This document shows, piece by piece, positions 49,747-58,125 of a DNA stretch of 64,000 nucleotides (its first letter is position 1; each line of letters starts with the position of its first letter). Under the pieces are notes generated by a model. That model was given only the letters and a program-made list of their open reading frames with translations, was not told where the DNA came from and did no database searches. Position numbers and translations under genes: made by a program. The stretch is from an uncultured Clostridia bacterium (GTDB lineage Bacteria > Bacillota > Clostridia > Christensenellales > Borkfalkiaceae), in assembly GCA_964468815.1 (NCBI GenBank), contig CAYXWN010000004.1:164-64163 (forward strand), in the 5' to 3' direction.

Positions 49747-51243
49747 TTAACCGTTTGCCGTCGGCATTTCTGCAAGACACCACGCTTTATATGCCTCTAT
49801 ATTGGCGGTATTGCGCGTATAGGTGCTTTCAATAACCTTTTTAGCGGGATTATTATACATTAAATTCTTTAAAGCCGCGCCTAACTGCGTATATCTCTCT
49901 TTTACGATATCGAGTGCAGTTCCCTTCGAGTTGTCCCCCGAAGCGTAGTACGAAATGTTATCGCCGGTCGCATTCAACTTAGACGTAGCGTTATAATCGG
50001 GTACGAAATCGTACAACGCTGTAAACGTCATCGTTTCAACCATTTCTTGCTGTACCTTGTTTTCGTAGACAACGTTCTTGTTCGCCATAATCGAAAGCGT
50101 GCTGTCACTGAAAATCTGTTGCGCGGAATCGCTCAGCAAATATTCAACGAATTTTTTAGCCGCAGCCTTTTTCGTGCTAGAACTGGAAATACACCATCCG
50201 TCGTATCCGCCGTAAGAATAACCGTAGGTACTCTTATATCCGTCGATCGTATTGAAAACCGCGGGTGCGGGTAAAGTCATAACGCCAACCTCGAAATCCG
50301 CTTGATCGGTGATTTCGTTGAGCAAATTGTTATTGCACATTACCATTAAATAGTTTCCGTCGATAAAGCCCTTTTCACTAGCGTCTTCACCGCCTGCGAT
50401 CGGAGAATCGCCGAATACGCCCTTTCTGGTCCAATTTCTTAATTTTTCCATCGTCGCGGCGTACGCTTCCCAATCCGTTTCATCTTGCGTCAATCTGCCC
50501 GTAAGATAGTTCGGATCTGTATACATTCCGGAAAGCACGTCGTAATATGCAAACAATGCTCTCCACATAAACATAAACGTTCCGTTCGTTCCGTACACTT
50601 TGAGGGGTGCAACGCCCAAATCCGCAGCAAGAATATTGGAAAGAAGTTGTTCAAAATCTTCTAACGTTTCCGGTTGTTCCCAACCATATTCTTTAAATAC
50701 CGTTTTATTATAATAAATAACGAATCCGGTCGCACGGAAGGGAATATTATAATATCCGTCGCCGATTTTACCTAACTGCCATGCCTTTTCGTTCTTGAAA
50801 ATAGACATAAATTCTTCATCGTTAATGAATTGATCGGACAAATCCGCAGCCATAAACTCTTCGCCTTCGATCAAAATTTCACGCATTTGGTGAGACCAAT
50901 ACGAGAAAACGTCGGGCATCGTGCCGCCCATCCAAGCGGCGTTGATCGCACTCATCATGTTGTTGTAATCAGTCGTAGAATACTCAACCTTGATAGAGGG
51001 ATTTTCCTTGGTAAAGTTGGTCGCGATTTCATCAAACGCTTCCGCACATTCCGGCCAATAGTGCATAACGCGAATGGTTACGGGTTGTTGAACCACAGGG
51101 TCATCGCCGGGTGTTACGGGCTCTCCCCAATCTTCATTGCCATGCGATCCGCCGCCGCAGCCAACGAAGGCAAAGCAAGAAAGACACATGAGTAGCGCTA
51201 TAATAAACGCCAAAGGTTTCAAAAATAGTTTTGCTTGATTCAT
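49747..51243 (-). CDS. Extracellular solute-binding lipoprotein (CUT1 family)
   Basis: About 498 aa from the ATG at 51243. Lipobox FVGC. Confidence 0.85.
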   Translation of the reverse strand: MNQAKLFLKPLAFIIALLMCLSCFAFVGCGGGSHGNEDWGEPVTPGDDPVVQQPVTIRVMHYWPECAEAFDEIATNFTKENPSIKVEYSTTDYNNMMSAINAAWMGGTMPDVFSYWSHQMREILIEGEEFMAADLSDQFINDEEFMSIFKNEKAWQLGKIGDGYYNIPFRATGFVIYYNKTVFKEYGWEQPETLEDFEQLLSNILAADLGVAPLKVYGTNGTFMFMWRALFAYYDVLSGMYTDPNYLTGRLTQDETDWEAYAATMEKLRNWTRKGVFGDSPIAGGEDASEKGFIDGNYLMVMCNNNLLNEITDQADFEVGVMTLPAPAVFNTIDGYKSTYGYSYGGYDGWCISSSSTKKAAAKKFVEYLLSDSAQQIFSDSTLSIMANKNVVYENKVQQEMVETMTFTALYDFVPDYNATSKLNATGDNISYYASGDNSKGTALDIVKERYTQLGAALKNLMYNNPAKKVIESTYTRNTANIEAYKAWCLAEMPTANG

Positions 51244-51600
51244 TTTTTCCCTTTTCAACAAAGCCGATGGATTTTGAACGATGCGTTCAGCGACTTCGTT
51301 ATAATTTTCTTTTCATTACACCGAACGATACAAATAAAACGTACTTTTCGGCTTATAACGGCTGTTTTTCTTATACATAACAAAATATAAATAAGAACGT
51401 TCTCGCTTCAAAATCGTCGTCACCCGATCGGCATTTGACAAACGTTTTTCACGATTTTTCCAACCGTTTTCCGTAGCGTCGTGCGATCGGATTTTTCCCT
51501 TCAAGTCCGTCCAAACCGAAGCAAAAAATCCATCTTTTTTGAAAAATTCTTTCCGCAAAAGCCCCTGTTTTTTCGATCGCACATTGCTACTTTTTTGTTC

Positions 51601-51616
51601 TGCTACTCGTGTAGCA
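51601..51616. promoter_or_regulatory. Candidate LacI-family operator (TGCTACTCGTGTAGCA)
   Basis: A 16-bp palindrome with a central CG, matching 7 of 8 half-site positions. It sits about +10 to +25 relative to the predicted promoter of the alpha-glucan operon. Confidence 0.5.
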
Positions 51617-51631
51617 AACCTTTGTATCTAT

Positions 51632-51660
51632 ATAATATCATAAAATTTTCTGTCTGTCAA
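51632..51660 (-). promoter_or_regulatory. Sigma-A promoter of the alpha-glucan operon
   Basis: In minus sense: TTGACA (51660-51655), a 17-nt spacer and an extended -10 TGaTATTAT (-10 hexamer 51637-51632). Confidence 0.6.
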
Positions 51661-51774
51661 TACCTTTTGAAAAATTTTTTGTTGATTTATCAAATCTTTT
51701 TTGTAAAAACAATTCAACGAAAAGCAAAACTTAAACAATCTTATTACGACTATAAAAAACACTGATTTTTTTCA

Positions 51775-51813
51775 CAAAAAAACAAAAAGAACGGTCGATT
51801 TTTCCCGTTCTTT
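51775..51813 (-). terminator. Rho-independent terminator (second, downstream of the Na/Pi gene)
   Basis: In minus sense: AAAGAACGG-gaaaaatcga-CCGTTCTTT followed by TTGTTTTTTT. Confidence 0.65.
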
Positions 51814-51902
51814 CCAGCCGGTTTTCGGTTTTAATATACAAATTATTCTACTCGATGTTAAATTTTTTGCAAACACCGACGTAGCCGCGGATTTCCTTTT
51901 AC

Positions 51903-51943
51903 ATAAAAAAACGCCTCGAATGGAGTCAATCCATCGAAGCGTT
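51903..51943 (-). terminator. Rho-independent terminator of the Na/Pi symporter gene
   Basis: In minus sense: an imperfect 12-13-bp stem (AACGCTTCGATGG / CCATTCGAGGCGTT) followed by TTTTTTT. Confidence 0.65.
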
Positions 51944-51956
51944 CTCGTTTTCTGCC

Positions 51957-53630
51957 TTAAATTCCTTGAATGGAAAACGCGACGTTCGTCATGTGGTCGC
52001 CGATTCGCTCGTAATCGCTCAACGTCTGCAAGTAAACAGAGCCGACGGAAGCCGTACAAATCCCCGCTTTGACGCGCTCGATATGGCGATCTTCCAATAC
52101 CCTTTGCGCTTCGTCGACGCTTTCTTCTACGTCGTCCGCTTGAGGAAGAACGCTTTCGTCCAGTTCGGCGAACGCCTTCATCGTAAGTTCAAACAAGCGG
52201 TTCAAACGATTCAAAACGTCCCTCAACTCGCCTGCCGCGTCCGCGGAAAATTCCAACTCGCCGTCTTTCATTTTATAGGCGTATTCCATTACGTTTTCGG
52301 AATAATCGCCGATCCGTTCCAAATCGCTGACGACGTGATAATAGGTCGCGATCGTGCGTTCGTCTTTCCCGGAAAGTTGCACCGCCAACGTCTTGGTTAA
52401 AAACGCGGTGATCGTGCGGTTCATAAAGTTGAGTTTTTCTTCGTTTTTCTTGACCGTTTCGGTATTCTCAAATTTTCTGTCCAACAAAATCTCAGAAGCG
52501 AGATTCATATTCGTATACGCAAGATTCGCCATTTCCACGATAACAGTTTTCACTTGAGAAACGGCGAGAGGAGGCGATTCGAGCAAACGCTCGTCTAACA
52601 GAGCACGTTGCTTTTTCTCGTCCTCACGAACCTTTTTGTCTGGTACGATCTTTGTAGCAATTTTAATCAACCAATTAATAAACGGCAAGAACACGATCAC
52701 CATTACGACTTTGAAAATCGTATGAAAGTTAGCAACCATACGGGCAATGTTTCCGCCGCTGATTACCGACACGAAATCGGTAATCTGATTCTGCCAAATC
52801 CAAAGCGGCGCTAAAAACAACAACGCACCGAAACAGTTGAACAAAAGATGAATGACTGCCGTCCGCTTCGCGTTGGTAGACGTACCGATACTCGAAAGCA
52901 GAGCCGTGACGCACGTTCCGATATTCGATCCGAGAATAATAAAAATGGACATTTCAAACGGCAATGCCGTTCCGAACGAAATCATAATCGCCGTCATTGC
53001 GGACGAACTTTGAATCAAAGCCGTCATAATCAATCCGATCAACATTGCGATCAACGGCATTAACGAACTCTTCGCCGTCTGACGGAACAAAACGTCGAAA
53101 AACGGAACGAGATCCTTGCCGTTTTCCTCATAAATAATGGCTTTCAGAGAAACGCTCATGATTTCCAAGCCGATAAAGATTAAACCCAATCCGACCAAAA
53201 TATGCCCGATACAGTTAATCTTATCTCCTTTCAAGAAAATCGCCATGATCATTCCGATTGCCGCGATAAATGCAACGATCGCGGTAACGTTAACCGCACC
53301 GACGCTGTTTAACGAAACGATTTGCGCGGTAATCGTCGTACCGATATTCGCGCCCATGATAACCGAAGTCGCTTGGAATAAATCCATCATGCCGATGTTG
53401 ACGAAACCGACTAATATAACCGTCGTTGCGGCGGAACTCTGAATGATCGCTGTCGTGAGCGTTCCGACACCAACCCCGGCAAACCGATTGACCGTCATCT
53501 TACCCAACAAGGTCTTCATCTTGCTGCCGGCGGCATTTTCAAGATTCGCCCCCATAATCTTCATGCCGTACATCAACAACGCAAGTCCGCCCAGTACGAA
53601 AAAGATATTCTCGTATAAATTATTACCCAT
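51957..53630 (-). CDS. Na+/phosphate symporter family protein with C-terminal PhoU-like domain
   Basis: 557 aa. Duplicated Na/Pi-cotransporter repeats (GANIGTTITAQ and GSNIGTCVTALL) are followed by a soluble helical PhoU-like tail. Confidence 0.9.
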   Translation of the reverse strand: MGNNLYENIFFVLGGLALLMYGMKIMGANLENAAGSKMKTLLGKMTVNRFAGVGVGTLTTAIIQSSAATTVILVGFVNIGMMDLFQATSVIMGANIGTTITAQIVSLNSVGAVNVTAIVAFIAAIGMIMAIFLKGDKINCIGHILVGLGLIFIGLEIMSVSLKAIIYEENGKDLVPFFDVLFRQTAKSSLMPLIAMLIGLIMTALIQSSSAMTAIMISFGTALPFEMSIFIILGSNIGTCVTALLSSIGTSTNAKRTAVIHLLFNCFGALLFLAPLWIWQNQITDFVSVISGGNIARMVANFHTIFKVVMVIVFLPFINWLIKIATKIVPDKKVREDEKKQRALLDERLLESPPLAVSQVKTVIVEMANLAYTNMNLASEILLDRKFENTETVKKNEEKLNFMNRTITAFLTKTLAVQLSGKDERTIATYYHVVSDLERIGDYSENVMEYAYKMKDGELEFSADAAGELRDVLNRLNRLFELTMKAFAELDESVLPQADDVEESVDEAQRVLEDRHIERVKAGICTASVGSVYLQTLSDYERIGDHMTNVAFSIQGI

Positions 53631-53782
53631 AGATTCCTCTCTCGTAAATTTACCTATAATTTACGCTTTCGTTACATTTACTTTACATATCTATTTTACA
53701 AGTTTACCACTCATTCGTCAAGCAATTTTAATACATAACGGAATTTTATAGATTACTAAAATTTCGTTATGTTTTACCAAAC

Positions 53783-53813
53783 AAAAAAGGGGCTTCCCCC
53801 CTGCGGAAAGCCC
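53783..53813 (-). terminator. Terminator downstream of the mreB-like gene
   Basis: In minus sense: GGGCTTTCC-gcagg-GGGGAAGCCC followed by TTTTTT. Confidence 0.65.
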
Positions 53814-53824
53814 GAAAAATTTTT

Positions 53825-54829
53825 TTAATTTTCTTTTAACCGAATCGCGCGTAAAAGCGACTCGTTGCCCAAAGCCGCTCCCGCTCCCAACATAACGGAC
53901 ATATCCGGCTCTGACGGAATATTCATCTGCATATTGAAAACTTTTCCGTAATAATCCTCTAACCCGACGATCTCTGCTCCGCCGCCTGCAAGATAGATCC
54001 CTGCGTGACGGATATCAGCCGCGACCTCTGCCGGAAGTTTTGCGATAACGGCAAACGCGTATTCCGCGATTTTGTCGTAAAAAAGTTTGATCGGATCGTA
54101 AATATCGTTTGCGGTAAGAGAAAGCGAACGGGGTTTGCCCGTATCTACGTCACGCCCGTTGACGACGGTCGTCAAGCGGTCGTTTTGAAACAGACTGCCG
54201 ATCTGCTTTTTCGTGCGTTCCGCAGTCAAAAGTCCCACTTGAAGTCCGAAATTTTCCGCAATGTAATCTATTAACGCGCTGTCTAACAGATTGCCGCCGA
54301 CGTTAATCGAAATTCCGGCGATGACGCCGCCCAAAGAAAGCGCGGCGATATTCGTGACGCCGCCGCCGATATCAATGACGAAGCACGGATTGGATTCGTT
54401 AATCGGAACGTTCTGTCCCAACGCGCAAAGCACGGGCGATTCCACAAAGTCCACGTCCACGATTCCGCAACGATCCAAAACGCGCTCGTATTTTTTCAGC
54501 ATCGCCACGTCCATTCCGCACGGAACGCTGACCAACGCGCTGCCGCCGCCGATTCCCGGTTTGTACTGAATCTTTTTCAAAAAATAAGAGAGCATGGCGG
54601 TCGCCAACTTCTCGTTGACAACCTCTCCCTCGAATACGGGGAAACTGATGCGCGTATTGTCCGCGGTTTTCCCGATGATGCGCTTTGCGTCCGTTCCGAT
54701 CGCGCGGATTTGCCCGTCCGCGTCCGCACTCAACGCGACGACGCTCGGTTCGGCAAGTTGGACGCCGCCGCCCAAGCGATATATCTTAGTCGTAGCAGAG
54801 CCTAAATCGACTGCAATTTTTACTCCCAT
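53825..54829 (-). CDS. MreB/Mbl-family actin-like protein (divergent)
   Basis: 334 aa with ASKHA phosphate motifs DLGSATTKIY, IDIGGGVTNIA and LAGGGAEI. Context is maf-mreB, as in Bacillus. Confidence 0.8.
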   Translation of the reverse strand: MGVKIAVDLGSATTKIYRLGGGVQLAEPSVVALSADADGQIRAIGTDAKRIIGKTADNTRISFPVFEGEVVNEKLATAMLSYFLKKIQYKPGIGGGSALVSVPCGMDVAMLKKYERVLDRCGIVDVDFVESPVLCALGQNVPINESNPCFVIDIGGGVTNIAALSLGGVIAGISINVGGNLLDSALIDYIAENFGLQVGLLTAERTKKQIGSLFQNDRLTTVVNGRDVDTGKPRSLSLTANDIYDPIKLFYDKIAEYAFAVIAKLPAEVAADIRHAGIYLAGGGAEIVGLEDYYGKVFNMQMNIPSEPDMSVMLGAGAALGNESLLRAIRLKEN

Positions 54830-55380
54830 AAGCGTTTCTCCTCAAACACCTTTTTCAAGCGTTCCGTCGGAAGTCCCATGACGTTCGTCAAACTTCCCGT
54901 GACGCCCTCCACGGGCGTATCCGGATCTTGTACGCCGTAAGCCCCCGCCTTATCCATCGGTGCGCCCGTAGCGATATAAGAAGCGATCTCCTCCGCCGTC
55001 AGTTTGCGAAACTTCACCGCGGAACGGACCGCCTCGAAAACAGGCTCTCCTGCCCCTAACAAGCAATACCCGGTCCAAACGTCGTGAACGTTCCCCGAAA
55101 GCGTTGCGAGCATTTCCGCCGCTTCCGCCTCCGAACGGGGCTTGCCGAAAATCCTTCCGTTAAAACATACGACGGTATCGATGCCCAAAACCGTGCCGCC
55201 GTGCTTTTGATACACGTCCTCCGCCTTTTGTCGCGCAAGCGAAACCACCAAACGGTCGGGCGAAAGAGAGGGATCGACCACCTCTTCGATTTCGGACGGG
55301 ATCTGTCTGAACGGACACCCCATACGGGTAAGCAAATCTCTTCGTCTCGGCGATTGACTCGCCAATATCAATTCTGTCAT
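54820..55380 (-). CDS. maf: Maf-family nucleoside-triphosphate pyrophosphatase
   Basis: 186 aa with LILASQSPRRRDLL and KAGAYGVQ. Confidence 0.9.
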   Translation of the reverse strand: MTELILASQSPRRRDLLTRMGCPFRQIPSEIEEVVDPSLSPDRLVVSLARQKAEDVYQKHGGTVLGIDTVVCFNGRIFGKPRSEAEAAEMLATLSGNVHDVWTGYCLLGAGEPVFEAVRSAVKFRKLTAEEIASYIATGAPMDKAGAYGVQDPDTPVEGVTGSLTNVMGLPTERLKKVFEEKRLWE

Positions 55381-55411
55381 TTACCGAAAGACGCCGCGTT
55401 ACCGCGTTTCC

Positions 55412-56935
55412 TTATAATATTTCAAGATTCTTCTTGAATACCTTTCTGAAATCGCCGCCGATATTGAGCGCGGAATTGATTTCAAGAGCGGCGTCGCCCT
55501 CGACCTCGGTCTTCATGATGACCGAATCGCCCAAGATATCGCAATTGATTCCCTTAACAACGCCGGCCATACTCCGATCCAAAGCGTCCGCAATCCGCAA
55601 CATCGTGCCCATTTTGCGTACCGCCTCTAAATCTTCGTCCGTGACGAGATCCTTGTATTTCTGCCACTCGGCGAGATTCACGTCCTCTAAACTGTTGTTC
55701 GCCGCGACAAAGGACGCCAAAACGAGATCGCGATGGGATAACCCGTTGATTTCCGAATTCAAAATTACGTAACCGCTGTTGTTTTCATATCCGTAATAGC
55801 GAACGCGCGTGCCGACGTCGTGCAACGTCGCCGCAACTTTCAAAATTTTCAAATGCTGACGAGGGAACTTGTGCAACACTCTCAATTGTTTGAACAACTG
55901 AACGGACAAATTCACCACTTGATCGGTATGTGCCTTGTTGCATTGGAAGAACTGCGTCAACGTATTGAGCGAGAATCCCAACACGTCCGTGATCGGCTTA
56001 TCCACCGTTCCCGGAACGGCGTAATTAAAGATCAAGCCCGTACGAACGCCTGCCGCGCTGATGACGATATTACCCAATTCCATGTACTTCTTGAACGCGT
56101 TGATCGCCGCAAGCGCGCTCGGCAAAATATCCGCTCTGCCCGAAGAAATTCCGCGAATCTTCTTCTTTTTATCCAGATCCAAACTCTTTAACAAATTATA
56201 AGTATGATTGAAATCCGCATCGTGTACCACGTAATTGTGGATCATGCGAACGGGATATTTTCTCATAATCTTGGAAATACGGCAAATGTTACGGAAAGAA
56301 CCGCCGACGCCGATTAACTGTACTTCGGGATCGACGGTCTTTAACCAAGGAATTTGCGAAAGTTGCTCGGTGAAAAACTCTTCCACCTTTTGCGCCTGTT
56401 CCTCCGTCGTTAACCCGTCGTTCGCAAACAGTTCGGTCAACGTGATCGAACCGAACGGCAACGTTTCGTGCGCCAACAGATTTCTGCGGTTGTAATAGAC
56501 GATCTTCGTGCTGCCGCCGCCGATCTCCAAAATCAACCCCTTGGGAATATCCATCGTGTTGATAACGCCCTTGTAGACGTACATCGCCTCTTCTTCCGCG
56601 CTCAATACGCGAAATTTAATTCCGCAAGTCGCGGCAACCTCGTCCAAAAAGCTGCGTTGATTTTTCGCATGGCGAACCGCCGCCGTCGCAACCGCGATGG
56701 TTTTCTCGATACCGTACGAATCGCAAAGTTTGCGGAACATCTTCAAAGTACGAATGGTTTCCTGAATCCGCGCGGGCTTCAAAAATCCGTCGCGCTCCAT
56801 TCCCTCGCCAAGACGCGGCATCTCTTTCAACTGGTCAAGGACGATAAAATGACCGTCTTCCAATATTTGAATAATCAAGAGTCTCGCCGTATTAGACCCG
56901 AGATCAATAATTGCTATTTTTTCCAACTTCCTCAC
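55412..56935 (-). CDS. Ppx/GppA-family phosphatase with C-terminal HD domain
   Basis: 507 aa with IIDLGSNTARLLI, EIGGGSTK and an HD domain (LHDVG). Confidence 0.9.
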   Translation of the reverse strand: MRKLEKIAIIDLGSNTARLLIIQILEDGHFIVLDQLKEMPRLGEGMERDGFLKPARIQETIRTLKMFRKLCDSYGIEKTIAVATAAVRHAKNQRSFLDEVAATCGIKFRVLSAEEEAMYVYKGVINTMDIPKGLILEIGGGSTKIVYYNRRNLLAHETLPFGSITLTELFANDGLTTEEQAQKVEEFFTEQLSQIPWLKTVDPEVQLIGVGGSFRNICRISKIMRKYPVRMIHNYVVHDADFNHTYNLLKSLDLDKKKKIRGISSGRADILPSALAAINAFKKYMELGNIVISAAGVRTGLIFNYAVPGTVDKPITDVLGFSLNTLTQFFQCNKAHTDQVVNLSVQLFKQLRVLHKFPRQHLKILKVAATLHDVGTRVRYYGYENNSGYVILNSEINGLSHRDLVLASFVAANNSLEDVNLAEWQKYKDLVTDEDLEAVRKMGTMLRIADALDRSMAGVVKGINCDILGDSVIMKTEVEGDAALEINSALNIGGDFRKVFKKNLEIL

Positions 56936-57035
56936 CTTTTAAATTGATTTTTTCTTAAATTATACCACAAGATATTGTGTTTGTGAATACCTTTTTCCAA
57001 TTTTTGTGCAAATTTTTGTAAACTTTTTTTTAACA

Positions 57036-57079
57036 TAAAAACACCCCCTCAAAAACCTTTTTAAAAGGGGGGGTTTTTC
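57036..57079. terminator. Weak bidirectional hairpin downstream of the TSUP genes
   Basis: A C5-6/G5-7 stem with an AU-rich loop and T-runs on both strands. Confidence 0.45.
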
Positions 57080-57181
57080 TTAAAAATGAAATAAATAATC
57101 GGAAGAATTTACAAAACAAAGATAACGTTTTTCATTTTTCACAAAAAAATTCAACATTTTACGTTTGGGCATTTTGCACAA

Positions 57182-57580
57182 TCAAATTTTTTCGTTTTTC
57201 TCTTCGTCCGCGTTTTTCGTTCGCTTTAAGCCCGTTACGACTTGAAATGCGGAAAGTGCGATCAGAAAGCCCCCGAACAGCCGTTTCAGCAAATCGCCCT
57301 CGATAAAGGAAGCGACGAAACTTCCCCCCGCGCTAAGCAAAACCGCCGGCACGATTAAATACAGTAATCCCTTAAATTCGATCAATCCGTTTTTGCAATG
57401 AATGATGATCGCGACCACCGCCATCGGCAAAAAAGCAATGAGATTCACCGCTTGCGCCGTATGCTGCTCCACCGCGTAAAAAATACTCAACAGCGGAATC
57501 AAAACCGTTCCGCCGCCCATGCCCATGCCGCCGAGTATTCCGCCGAACACTCCGGCGATCGCGTACCAAAGATACTCCAT
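57182..57580 (-). CDS. Half-size (4-TM) TSUP/TauE-SafE family membrane protein, second half
   Basis: 132 aa. The start (AIAGVFGGILGGMGMGGGTVLIPLL) is the typical TSUP repeat start. It has its own RBS (GGAGAGGTG). Confidence 0.8.
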   Translation of the reverse strand: MEYLWYAIAGVFGGILGGMGMGGGTVLIPLLSIFYAVEQHTAQAVNLIAFLPMAVVAIIIHCKNGLIEFKGLLYLIVPAVLLSAGGSFVASFIEGDLLKRLFGGFLIALSAFQVVTGLKRTKNADEEKNEKI

Positions 57581-57614
57581 TTTATCACCTCTCCGTCAAA
57601 CGCTCTTTCCGTTC

Positions 57615-57980
57615 TCAAAAGAACAACATCTTCGCTCCGGCAGCCGCCATCACGATTGCGAAAATCACGACCACCCATTTGGGCGGCAACTTTTTCAGCA
57701 AAAAAGCCCCTACGACGCCGCCTGCCAGCACGCCTGCCGTTACTGGGATTCCGACCTTGCAATCGAAATTTCCGAAAATCACGTATAGGATTCCGCTCAT
57801 CAAAGAAATCGGCAGAATAACGGCGATCGCCGTCGCGTGCGCGACTTTCGGATTCTTTTTCAGCAGAGAAACCAACAGAGGAACAACCAACATTCCGCCG
57901 CCCCCGCCGAAAATTCCGTTGACGAGCCCGACGAAAGCACCCGACGCAAGCATCAGTAAATTTCCTTTTTTTCCGTTCAT
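57615..57980 (-). CDS. Half-size (4-TM) TSUP/TauE-SafE family membrane protein, first half
   Basis: 121 aa containing GAFVGLVNGIFGGGGGMLVVPLL. Confidence 0.8.
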   Translation of the reverse strand: MNGKKGNLLMLASGAFVGLVNGIFGGGGGMLVVPLLVSLLKKNPKVAHATAIAVILPISLMSGILYVIFGNFDCKVGIPVTAGVLAGGVVGAFLLKKLPPKWVVVIFAIVMAAAGAKMLFF

Positions 57981-58125
57981 ATCATTTAAGTTTTTGCAAT
58001 TTTACGAAAAGTATCGAATTTTTTTCGCAAAAATCGGGAAAAAACCGCTCGAATAAATTGCTTTTTCCCCTTAAATATTATATACTATCTTTACATGTTT
58101 CAAAAAACTTATAAAAAGGTGAACT

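Noticed and set aside
51316-51582. 88-codon ORF in the long leader of the alpha-glucan operon.
   Set aside because: It has a GTG start without an RBS, Lys/Arg-rich AT-driven composition and no recognisable motif. I treat it as non-coding leader or decayed DNA (see the finding on the leader).
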